DNA of 50,734 nucleotides. It comes from Thermoflexales bacterium. Its GTDB lineage: Bacteria; Chloroflexota; Anaerolineae; J036; Brachytrichaceae. Both the position numbers and the translations under genes were made by a program. This document shows positions 1 to 7,909 of this stretch, piece after piece. The stretch's first letter is position 1. Each line of letters starts with the position of its first letter. The DNA is taken from NCBI GenBank assembly GCA_038213625.1, contig JBBQST010000001.1, positions 1 to 50,734 of the forward strand, given 5' to 3'. The notes under the pieces were generated by a model, which saw nothing but the letters and a program-made list of their open reading frames with translations, had not been told where the DNA came from and made no database searches.

Positions 1-461
1 TTCCGGCCGAAGCGGGAGGATAGCACAGGCCGTTCCGGAGCGACAATCGAGGGCTCGATCGGGCGGGCGTTATGGGCCACCGGTGGGTGCCCGCCGTGAC
101 CCTTGCCAGCCCGCACACGCCCGCCGCTGCGACACCTTTAAGGGCCGATCATGAGTGACAGTCTTATCTCCCGGGCTTCGACCCCCACAAGGGACGGGAA
201 CGCCGCCGTTCCACGCTCGAATCGGCTTGAAGAGAGCACGATCTGCACCCCTGATCGGGCGATGTGGCACCCGATACCCAGGCCCTAAGCTTGCCAGTCA
301 TATCCGCCCGGGTTACGTACATGGCCGGCCGTGCTCTCTCTACTGGCCAGACGCCGGTCCTAGTTGCACAAAGAGGCCAACTGCCTGAGCGGGTCAGCCG
401 CCTTCAGGTTCTGGGCTCGGCAAACGGGATGCCGATCTCGGCAAGACCGCGAAATGTCGCC

Positions 462-2315
462 TCAGTCGACGCGGCGGGCGCGCGACTCCTCGGCCAGGCG
501 GTCGGCCAGTTCCTCCCACGGAACGGCCTCCTGCTGCTCCCCGCGCGCCGCGTTGCGTGCCCGCGGCGCGACGGTCCGTGCCTCGATCTCGCGATCGCCA
601 AGGACCAGCATGTGCGGGACCTTCTGCTCCTGGGCCAGCCGGATCTTGTTCTGCATCCGGTTGTCCGAGCCGTCCACCTCGACCCGCAGCCCGCGCGCCC
701 GCAGCACCCCGGCCAGCTCGTTGGCGGCATCGATGTGCCGGTCGGCGATCGGGATGACGACGGCCTGCACGGGGGCCACCCACAAGGGAAACGCCCCCGC
801 GATGTGCTCGACGAGGATGCCGATGAAGCGCTCGAGCGAGCCGTAGATGGCACGGTGGATGGCGATCGGCCGCTGGGGCTGGCCATTCTCGTCGATATAG
901 GTAAGGTCGAACCGCTCGGGCAGCATCACCAGGTCGACCTGGATGGTCGCCATCTGCCACTCGCGTCCCAGCGCGTCGTCGATGTAGATGTCGATCTTGG
1001 GCGCGTAGAAGGTGCCGTCCCTGGGCTTGAGCGTGTAGCTGATATCGGCCGCCGCGAATGCCTCGCGGATGAGCTGCTCGGCCCGCTCCCAGAGCGCCGG
1101 ATCGCCGATGGCCTTGTCTGGTTTGGTCGCGAACGCGAATCGAGGCTCCAGCCCGAACCAGCTGTAGGCCTCCTTGACCTCGCCGAGGAGCGCCTGGATC
1201 TCGTCCATCAGCTGGTCTGGCCGCACAAACAGGTGCGCGTCGTCCTGGATGAACTGGCGGACCCGGGTCAGGCCGCTGAGCGTGCCCGACCGCTCGTTGC
1301 GATGCAGCCGGCCGAACTCGCTGAACCGTAGCGGCAGGTCCCGGTACGACCGCAGGTGCGAGCGGTAGATGAAGGTGCTCTCGGGGCAGTTCATCGGCTT
1401 GAGGCTGAACAGCTGGTTCTCGGACTCGACGATGAACATGTTGTCCTTGTACAGATCCCAGTGACCTGATTGCTTCCACAGTCGCTCGGAGACGACGATC
1501 GGCGTGCTGACCTCCTGGTAGCCGCGCCGTCCCTGGAGCTTGCGCATGGCGCTCTCGAGCGTCCGCCAGATGACCTGGCCCTTGGGGTGCCAGAAGGCAG
1601 AACCGGGCGCGACGTCGTGGAAGCTGAACAGGTCGAGCTTGACACCGAGCCGGCGGTGGTCGCGCTTCTTCACCTCCTCGCGCCGCCACAGGTATTGATC
1701 GAGCTCCTCCTGGGTCGCCCAGGCAGTGCCGTAGACGCGCTGGAGCATCGGTCGCTTCTCATCGCCACGCCAGTACGCGCCGGCCGTGCCGAGCAGCTTG
1801 AACGGACCGATCGCCCCGGTGCGGGCGACGTGCGGTCCGCGGCACAGGTCGATGAACGGCCCCTGCCGGTAGAAGGTGGTCCGGGGCATCGCCGTGCCGT
1901 CGCGCTCGGCCGCGGCGAGCAGGTCGTCGACGATCTCGAACTTGAATGGCTGGTCCTGCTCGACAAGGAACGCGCGGGCGTCGGCCGGCGAGATCTCGCT
2001 GAGCTCGAACGGGTGGTCGGCGACGATGCTCTCGCGCATCCGGGCCTCGATCGCGGGGAGGTCGTCCGGCGTCAGCGGTCGGGGCAGCTGGAAGTCGTAG
2101 TAGAAGCCGTCGTCGATGACCGGCCCGATTCCGAGCTTCGTGCCGGGGAACAGATCAAGAACGGCCTCGGCCAGGACGTGGGCCGCGGAATGCCGCATCG
2201 GGCCCAGATCGCCAGCCGCGCCGTGATCCATCAGCTCATCGGCCGACCCGCGCTCGGGCGCCTCGAGACCGATCTCATCGACCGCGATGTCGTCCTCGGC
2301 GCGTTCGTCGCTCAT
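462..2315 (-). CDS. thrS: threonine--tRNA ligase (ThrRS)
   Basis: ORF track 462..2402(-). The translation carries ThrRS/class II aaRS hallmarks (N-terminal TGS/editing region, ...RLHRNERSGTLSGLTRVRQFIQDDAHLF..., C-terminal anticodon-binding domain). I moved the start to ATG 2315 (MSDERAEDD...) because AGGGAGG lies 8 nt upstream and the sequence further upstream looks like a T-box leader. Confidence 0.95.
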   Translation of the reverse strand: MSDERAEDDIAVDEIGLEAPERGSADELMDHGAAGDLGPMRHSAAHVLAEAVLDLFPGTKLGIGPVIDDGFYYDFQLPRPLTPDDLPAIEARMRESIVADHPFELSEISPADARAFLVEQDQPFKFEIVDDLLAAAERDGTAMPRTTFYRQGPFIDLCRGPHVARTGAIGPFKLLGTAGAYWRGDEKRPMLQRVYGTAWATQEELDQYLWRREEVKKRDHRRLGVKLDLFSFHDVAPGSAFWHPKGQVIWRTLESAMRKLQGRRGYQEVSTPIVVSERLWKQSGHWDLYKDNMFIVESENQLFSLKPMNCPESTFIYRSHLRSYRDLPLRFSEFGRLHRNERSGTLSGLTRVRQFIQDDAHLFVRPDQLMDEIQALLGEVKEAYSWFGLEPRFAFATKPDKAIGDPALWERAEQLIREAFAAADISYTLKPRDGTFYAPKIDIYIDDALGREWQMATIQVDLVMLPERFDLTYIDENGQPQRPIAIHRAIYGSLERFIGILVEHIAGAFPLWVAPVQAVVIPIADRHIDAANELAGVLRARGLRVEVDGSDNRMQNKIRLAQEQKVPHMLVLGDREIEARTVAPRARNAARGEQQEAVPWEELADRLAEESRARRVD

Positions 2316-2570
2316 GTGGCTGGCCTCCCTGAGAATCACAAAACCTCGCGTCCCTCGACAGGACGAGAGGTTCTCTCCCGCGGTCCCACCCGCCTTCACC
2401 ACCGTGGCGGTGGCGCACTCGTGGTCGCGCTAACGGGCGACACCCGGGCCGGTTCGCCGGCCGCTCACGGGTGGTACCGATGCAAAGATGATCGACGGGC
2501 TTCCAGCCTCGGCCCGGCTCTCTGGCGATCCGCTCCGCGCGGCGCGTCCCGCTCGACGCACGTTCTTCGG
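2316..2570 (-). promoter_or_regulatory. T-box leader (tRNA-sensing riboswitch) of thrS, candidate Thr specifier ACC
   Basis: Read on the minus strand, the tRNA-Val to thrS spacer contains AGAGAG and then a GGUACCACCCGUGA segment offering ACC codons. The T-box core GGGUGGGACCGCGGGAG follows (plus-strand ccgcggtcccaccc at 2378..2391). It runs straight into a terminator hairpin with a U-tail, then the thrS RBS. Confidence 0.6.
2336..2372 (-). terminator. leader (attenuator) terminator of the thrS T-box
   Basis: Minus-strand AACCUCUCGUCC-UGUC-GAGGGACGCGAGGUU pairs at 11 of 12 stem positions and is followed by UUUGUG. The 5' arm overlaps the T-box core, as expected for terminator/antiterminator competition. 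Confidence 0.6.
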
Positions 2571-2574
2571 GATG

Positions 2575-2651
2575 TGGTGGGCGACACTGGACTCGAACCA
2601 GTGACCTCTTGCATGTCAAGCAAGTGCTCTAACCAGCTGAGCTAGCCGCCC
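2575..2651 (-). tRNA. tRNA-Val (anticodon GAC), CCA encoded
   Basis: The reverse complement folds by hand into a 77-nt cloverleaf: GGGCGGC/TA/GCTC-AGCTGGTTA-GAGC/A/CTTGC-TTGACAT-GCAAG/AGGTC/ACTGG-TTCGAGT-CCAGT/GTCGCCC/A/CCA. The anticodon loop TT-GAC-AT gives Val. Confidence 0.95.
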
Positions 2652-2814
2652 GCGTCGCGAGCCATCTCGCGGCGGTGAATCTACCAGACGCGTCCACGGC
2701 CGTCCCGGGCCATCGCGCTCGATATGGCTTCGGTGCCGATTGCAAGGGCACTGCAAGCGGGCTCGGGGGTTTTCATCCTGCCCAGGCCCGGTGGTCCGTG
2801 GCTACGGTCTCGTC

Positions 2815-3030
2815 ATGGCGCACGAGGCCTCGCGGCACGACCGGAAGATGACGATCAGCGACGCTCTGAAGGCCCTGCGCACGGCATCGCGGGATCGTCA
2901 TGCGGCCCTGCCCGGCACGCCGGAGTACGAACGAGCCGACGCCGAGGAGCGGCGCCTGGGCCGATTGGTCTGGACTCTCGCCGACGTCATCGACGATCGC
3001 ACCGCGGCACCCGCCCTGCCGCTCGACTGA
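2815..3030 (+). CDS. small hypothetical protein (71 aa)
   Basis: Internal ATG of ORF 2740..3030(+). Third-codon positions are almost all G/C, as in the genuine genes of this GC-rich segment. No recognisable family. Confidence 0.4.
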   Translation: MAHEASRHDRKMTISDALKALRTASRDRHAALPGTPEYERADAEERRLGRLVWTLADVIDDRTAAPALPLD

Positions 3031-3321
3031 TCCGCGGGCCGTCGCCCGATCGGGCATGACAAGGCCCACGACACCTGTCGTGGGCTAACGTCGCCGGTCC
3101 TCGTTCCGATGGCCACGGATCCGCTTGGTTCACGAGTGTTCCACGTCCGTGCCGAAGCCGTGACCGCCGGATCGAGGAGCCAGCGGCGACGCGCATCATA
3201 CCCCGAGGGCTCGATGAGCGATAGCGCCCCGGCGGCCGCGGTCGCAGCGCAGGTCCGGGCCGCGCCCGGCCCGGATCCTGTGCTAGCCTCGGTCGGTTTG
3301 CACGGAGGAGCACCACCAGCG

Positions 3322-4579
3322 ATGGCCGTCTCGACACCGATCGATGCCCGCCTCGGGCTGATCGAACGCGGGCGCGCGAGCGTCAGCGCCACGGATCTGG
3401 CCGCCATCGCGTCGTTCGCGATCGCCGCCATCGTGTACATCCGGACGCTGCTGCCCGGGGTCAGCTTCGGCGACTGGGCGGAGGCCGAGATGATCCCCTC
3501 GCGGCTCGGGATCCTGCACCCGACCGGCTATCCGCTCTATTCGCTGCTCGGGACGCTGTTCAGCCTGCTCCCGGTCGAGTCCGTGGCCTACCGGGCCAAC
3601 CTGCTGTCCGCGGTCGCCGCGGCGGGCGTGGTGGGGATGGCCGTCCTGATCGCCGCGCGGCTGGGCGTCCGGCCGGTCGTCGCCGCGGGTGCTGCGCTCA
3701 GCCTGGCGTTCACCGGGACGCTCTGGGAGGAGGCCACCTTCTCCGAGATGAACGGGCTCCATCTGCTGCTCGTGGCCTTGCTCCTCCATCGGGCGCTCAT
3801 CTGGCGGGCCGAGCGTCGCGACCGCGATCTGATCCTCGGCGCGTTGCTTGGCGGGCTGTGCATCTCCAACCACGGGCTGGCCATCACGGTCGTACCGATC
3901 GTCATCATGTTCGTGCTCTTCGATGCGCGGCGGGAACTGCGCACGCACCCGCTGACCATCGTCAAGGCCGCTGCAGCCTTCGTCATCGGGCTGCTCCCCT
4001 ACCTCTACCTGCCGCTCCGGTCGCTGGCCGGGCCGACCGAGGTGTATGGGGCGTTCCTGACCTGGGATGGCTTCTTCGCCCACGTCAGCGGCGCGCAGTT
4101 CCGGGGCGACATGCACTTCACCTCGATCGAGAGCTTCCAGGCGGCCTGGGCGGCGATGCCCTTGGTCCTCGAGCATCTGGTCGAGCTCTCGAACGTCGTC
4201 TTCTTCCTGGCCGGGCTGATCGGGGTCGCCATCCTGTTCGTGCGCGATCGCTGGTTCGGGTCGCTGGTACTCCTGCTCGGCGCGGTCAACGTCTACTTCT
4301 ACGCGAACTACCTGGGCGACCTCGCGCATTACCTGCTGACGACGTGGCTCATCCTGGCCATCGGCGTCGCGTACTACTGGGAGGCCGTGGTCGCCCTCCT
4401 GGTCGAACGGCTCGGGTCGCGGGCGGCGCCGGTGGCCTACGTCATCCTGCTGCTGCCGGTCACCCTGCTCGCCTCGAATTGGGCGGTCCATGACCAGTCG
4501 GCAAACCAGGACGGCCGACGATTCACCGCCGAGGTCTTCGCCGCGCTGCCGCCCGACGCGGTGCTGCTGACCTACTGGG
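3322..4579 (+). CDS. DUF2723/TMEM260-like polytopic membrane protein, 3' end truncated at the ~4579 breakpoint
   Basis: ORF track 3109..4614(+). Multi-pass membrane protein with the N-terminal ...LLPGVSFGDWAEAEMIPSRLGILHPTGYPLYSLLG... motif typical of DUF2723. The start is uncertain (ATG 3214 or 3322). After ...DAVLLTYW the frame reads 11 unrelated codons and stops. Confidence 0.65.
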
Positions 4580-5430
4580 TTCATCAACAGCGGCAGATAA
4601 ACCGCCTGGGGTGAGAACGCCTGGAGCATGAGCACGCTCTCATCACCTAGATCATCCTCGGGGGCAAAGATGGTCACCAGCACAAACGGATGGCCGGACT
4701 GCGGCACGATATCGTTGTGGGTGCCGAATTGCACAGTCATTGTTTGCGATGTGCCGGGAGCCAGCGTGAGCACGTCTTCGCCCAGATTCGCCACCGGCTG
4801 CAAGCCTGTCGTGGCATCCAATGTCATCTCGGCCGGGGTCAGCCCATCGGCAGCGTCATATAGCCACAGTGAGGTCACACCCAACGTGATGGCCTGCTGA
4901 TTGGTTAGGGCCACAGTGAGCTGGCCCAGCTTCGACCATTGCCAGATGACGCCGAGCGTGCGCGGCGCGGGCTGGGCATCACCACTACCTCCCTTCCACG
5001 AAAACTGAGCTGCGGTATCGCCGGTGTGCCGACAAAAACCGACTCGCGCCTCGTCCGATGCCGGCACCACACCACCGCTGTAGTTGATGCGGGTTGCGGC
5101 TGCGCCAGACGGCTCTTGTGAGCGGGTGAGAACGACGCTGCTGAACGGGTGGCCGGTGTCGGTGTAGACCTCGCTCACACTGCCACTCCCGCTTGCATCG
5201 GTGAAGTTCGCTGTCAGGCCATCGGCATCTATGGCCGTGTAGTTTCTGAAAGTCCAGCTGTAGCAAAACGGATTCACCGGCACCTCGGCCGCCCTCGGTG
5301 CAGCATGGGCCACAGATGGCGCGGCCCATGCTGATAAACCCCACACGGATAGACCCGCCACCATTGCAACCACAAGCACACGCGACCGCACAAGCACGCC
5401 TCGTCTGAGCCGCATTGCAGACCCATTCAT
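4580..5430 (-). CDS. secreted hypothetical protein, 3' end missing (no native stop)
   Basis: This is the upper part of the 729-aa ORF 3283..5472(-). AGGAGG lies 6 nt before ATG 5430 (MNGSAMRLRRGVLVRSRVLVVAMVAGLSVWGLSAWAAPSVAHA = signal peptide). Below ~4579 the same frame is only antisense read-through of the GC-rich gene. Confidence 0.55.
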
Positions 5431-5485
5431 AGTGTCCTCCTGGCAGGTGCTGAATTCATGTTTTGAACTCAACTACTGCCATGTG

Positions 5486-5530
5486 TTGACCGGTATTGAC
5501 CGGTATTGACCGGTATTGAGTGAATTGACC
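5486..5530. repeat. 10-bp tandem repeat TTGACCGGTA x3 plus two degenerate units
   Basis: ttgaccggta occurs at 5486-5495, 5496-5505 and 5506-5515, followed by ttgagtgaa and ttgacc. The array lies between the stop of 5530..6213(-) and the start of the 5430 gene. Confidence 0.85.
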
Positions 5531-6213
5531 TATGGATTTTGTGCGCCGCTGGCGAAATGATTGGGATTGAACTGCACGCGTTTGGCTGGGATGCGCTCTA
5601 CATCAATCGAGACATTTTCGGACTCGATGGTCTGGGGCTGACCCGGCGTTTGCCCGACACGCACGGCAGCCGAGGTGTAAACGGCATCGATGTCCAATTC
5701 CTGCAAGCTGTTGATGACCAGATAGCCAATCAGCAACGAATTGGCCGGCGGCACCGGCGGCGCAAGCTGGGTCATCTTCCACAGCAGATCGCAGTCATCC
5801 ATGGTGGCATAGCCACTCCTCAAGACCATGGTCGCCGTCATCACATGGGTCACGCTTTCCGGCTCTTTCACCGCTTTGCCGTTGCGCACCAGCGTGATGA
5901 AGCGTTTGCGCAAACCCAGCTCCTTGAACTGTGGGTTGAAGATGTTGATCTCGGTGGCGTAGTTGCCGGGCTTTACGGGCGGCTCGGTGTAGGAGTTGGC
6001 GGCCGTGGTGATTTGAATGGGCGGCTGATAGCCACACACAAACTTGATCGCGTAGCTGTAGACGTATTGCGGCGCAACAATCTGGTTTGTTGCGCTGGCC
6101 GGAGTGGCGGCGGTGGCAACTTGAGGTGGGCCTGCCAGACCTGTTGCGCAGGACAGCGCAGTCATCAACACAGTCAAACCAGCCGAAATGGGACGATGGA
6201 TAGAAACTCGCAT
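5530..6213 (-). CDS. secreted hypothetical protein (227 aa)
   Basis: ORF track 5530..6420(-). AGGAGG lies 7 nt before ATG 6213 (MRVSIHRPISAGLTVLMTALSCATGLAG... = signal peptide). No family recognised (motifs ...YAIKFVCGYQPP... and ...GNYATEINIFNP...). Confidence 0.7.
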   Translation of the reverse strand: MRVSIHRPISAGLTVLMTALSCATGLAGPPQVATAATPASATNQIVAPQYVYSYAIKFVCGYQPPIQITTAANSYTEPPVKPGNYATEINIFNPQFKELGLRKRFITLVRNGKAVKEPESVTHVMTATMVLRSGYATMDDCDLLWKMTQLAPPVPPANSLLIGYLVINSLQELDIDAVYTSAAVRVGQTPGQPQTIESENVSIDVERIPAKRVQFNPNHFASGAQNP

Positions 6214-6385
6214 GTGAATACCTCCTGATGTCCGAAAACCAATATACGTGTGATCAAGCCTGAACCGGCTTGCAGGTAAGTTGGCGGCTGGCTGCTGGCA
6301 GTTAGCCGCTAGCAGCCAGCCGCCAATCCCGCCATCCACTTCCTTCCCTATTGCTAATAAACGGGTGAACGGTAAGATTTGCGGC

Positions 6386-7795
6386 ATGAGCACGACTTTG
6401 ATCAAAAACGGGCGGATCATTACGGCGTCAGATAACTACCTGGGCGATTTGCTGATCGATGGCGACAAGATTGCGCTGATCGGCGACGGGTTGATGGACA
6501 AGGGTGCGGACGCCGTCATCGACGCCAAAGGCAAATATCTGCTGCCCGGCGGCATCGACGTGCACACCCATCTGGACATGCCGTTTGGCGGCACCGTCAG
6601 CAGCGATGATTTTTTCACCGGCCACAAAGCCGCGCTCTTCGGCGGCACCACGGCCCACGTGGATTTTTGCATTCAGCCCAAAGGCGCCAGCCTCAAGGAA
6701 TCACTGGATTTGTGGCATGCCAAGGCCAACGGCAAGGCCGCGATGGACTACGGCTTTCACATTGCCATTACCGATTTAACAGACGAAGTGATGATGGAGA
6801 TTCCCAAGCTGCCGAGCTACGGCGTCACCAGCATCAAACTGTTCATGGCCTACAAAGGCGTGCTGCAAGTTGATGACACCTCACTGTTCAAGTGCTTGCA
6901 AGTGGCCAAGCAAAGCGGCGTGCTGACGATGGTTCATGCCGAGAACGGCGATGCGATTGATGTGTTGATCAAAGAAGCACTGGCAGCCGGCAACACCGAC
7001 CCGATCTACCACGCCCTCACCCGCCCACCCGAATTGGAGGCCGAAGCCACCTACCGCGCCATTCAACTGGCTCGAGCGGCCGGCGACGCGCCCCTATTCG
7101 TCGTGCACCTGACCAATGCCGGTGCGTTGGCGGCGATTAGCGAAGCGCGCGCGCGTGGGCAGCACGCCTACGCCGAGACGTGCGTGCAATATTTTTATTT
7201 CACCAAGGACAACTTGAACGGCACCACCGGTGAAGGCGGTGATGAGTTCAACGGCGCCAAGTGGGTGTGCAGCCCGCCCTTCCGCGAGACCCACGATCAG
7301 GCAGCCCTACTGCGCGGCATTCGCACGGGCGACCTTGTGTCAGTGAGCACCGATCACTGCCCCTTCAAATACGCGGGGCAGAAAGATTTGGGCAGGGGCG
7401 ATTTCTCCAAGATTCCCAATGGCGTGCCTGGGATCGAAGACCGCATGATGATGCTGTGGAATGCGGCCGTGAGCACGGGCCAGATTACGCCGAGCCGGTT
7501 TGTGGAATTGACAGCGACGAACCCGGCCAAGCTGTTTGGCATTTACCCGCAGAAAGGCACGCTCTCGGTGGGCAGCGACGCCGATATTGTGATCTGGGAC
7601 CCCAAGGCCAAATACACGATCAGCGCAAAGACCCACCACATGAACATCGACTACAACTTGTATGAGGGCATCAGCGGCGTCGGCAAGCCGAGCAAAGTGT
7701 TACTGCGCGGCGAGTTGGTCGTGGATGGCAAGCGCTGGCTGGGCAGCAAAGGCAGCGGTCAGTTCTTGCAGCGCAAGAGCCCGACGATGATCTAG
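6386..7795 (+). CDS. D-hydantoinase / dihydropyrimidinase (cyclic amidohydrolase)
   Basis: ORF track 6281..7795(+). I moved the start to ATG 6386 (MSTTLIKNGRII...). Metal-binding signature GGIDVHTHLDMPFGGT and overall amidohydrolase layout. Confidence 0.9.
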   Translation: MSTTLIKNGRIITASDNYLGDLLIDGDKIALIGDGLMDKGADAVIDAKGKYLLPGGIDVHTHLDMPFGGTVSSDDFFTGHKAALFGGTTAHVDFCIQPKGASLKESLDLWHAKANGKAAMDYGFHIAITDLTDEVMMEIPKLPSYGVTSIKLFMAYKGVLQVDDTSLFKCLQVAKQSGVLTMVHAENGDAIDVLIKEALAAGNTDPIYHALTRPPELEAEATYRAIQLARAAGDAPLFVVHLTNAGALAAISEARARGQHAYAETCVQYFYFTKDNLNGTTGEGGDEFNGAKWVCSPPFRETHDQAALLRGIRTGDLVSVSTDHCPFKYAGQKDLGRGDFSKIPNGVPGIEDRMMMLWNAAVSTGQITPSRFVELTATNPAKLFGIYPQKGTLSVGSDADIVIWDPKAKYTISAKTHHMNIDYNLYEGISGVGKPSKVLLRGELVVDGKRWLGSKGSGQFLQRKSPTMI

Positions 7796-7909
7796 AGCGG
7801 AGAGCGATGAGCTGGGAGCTTAGAGCATGAGCGGAGGTCGCCACCGTCTTGATTCAACTCTTTGCTCCTCGCTCACAGCTCACAGCTCTGTGCTCATCGC
7901 TCTCCGCTC
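7795..7909. repeat. heptamer-periodic long inverted repeat filling a convergent intergenic gap (bidirectional terminator-like)
   Basis: Left arm gagcggagagcgatgagc (7795..7812) is the exact reverse complement of gctcatcgctctccgctc (7892..7909). The left half is GAGCNNN x6 and the right half NNNGCTC x7. The arms overlap the stop codons of the hydantoinase gene and queA. Confidence 0.85.

Noticed and set aside
1-461. RNase P RNA, tmRNA, SRP RNA, or TPP/FMN/cobalamin riboswitch in the thrS-downstream region
   Set aside because: There are some short resemblances (for example GTAACCCGGGCGG against the RNase P GAACCCGGGUAGG region). The invariant blocks (GAGGAAAGUCCGG, ACAGAACCCGGCUUA, tmRNA 3' tRNA-like end, CUGAGA plus the ACCUGAUCUGGAUAAUGCCAGCG-type TPP core, FMN GGGUGAAAUUCCC) are absent or out of order on both strands. 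I left the region unclassified.
264-2645. Long ORFs 264..1331(+), 394..1689(-), 404..886(-) and 1470..2645(+) overlapping thrS
   Set aside because: They are antisense or out-of-frame shadows of thrS in ~70% GC DNA. Their translations are Arg/Pro/Ala/Gly-rich with no domain signatures. ORF 1470..2645 would also run through the T-box leader and the tRNA-Val gene.
3283-4579. Lower ~430 codons of the 729-aa ORF 3283..5472(-)
   Set aside because: Below the breakpoint the frame is simply the stop-free antisense strand of the GC-rich DUF2723 gene (translation RGEDLGGESSAVLVCRLVMDRPIRGEQGDRQQQDD...). Only 4580..5430 looks like a real gene.
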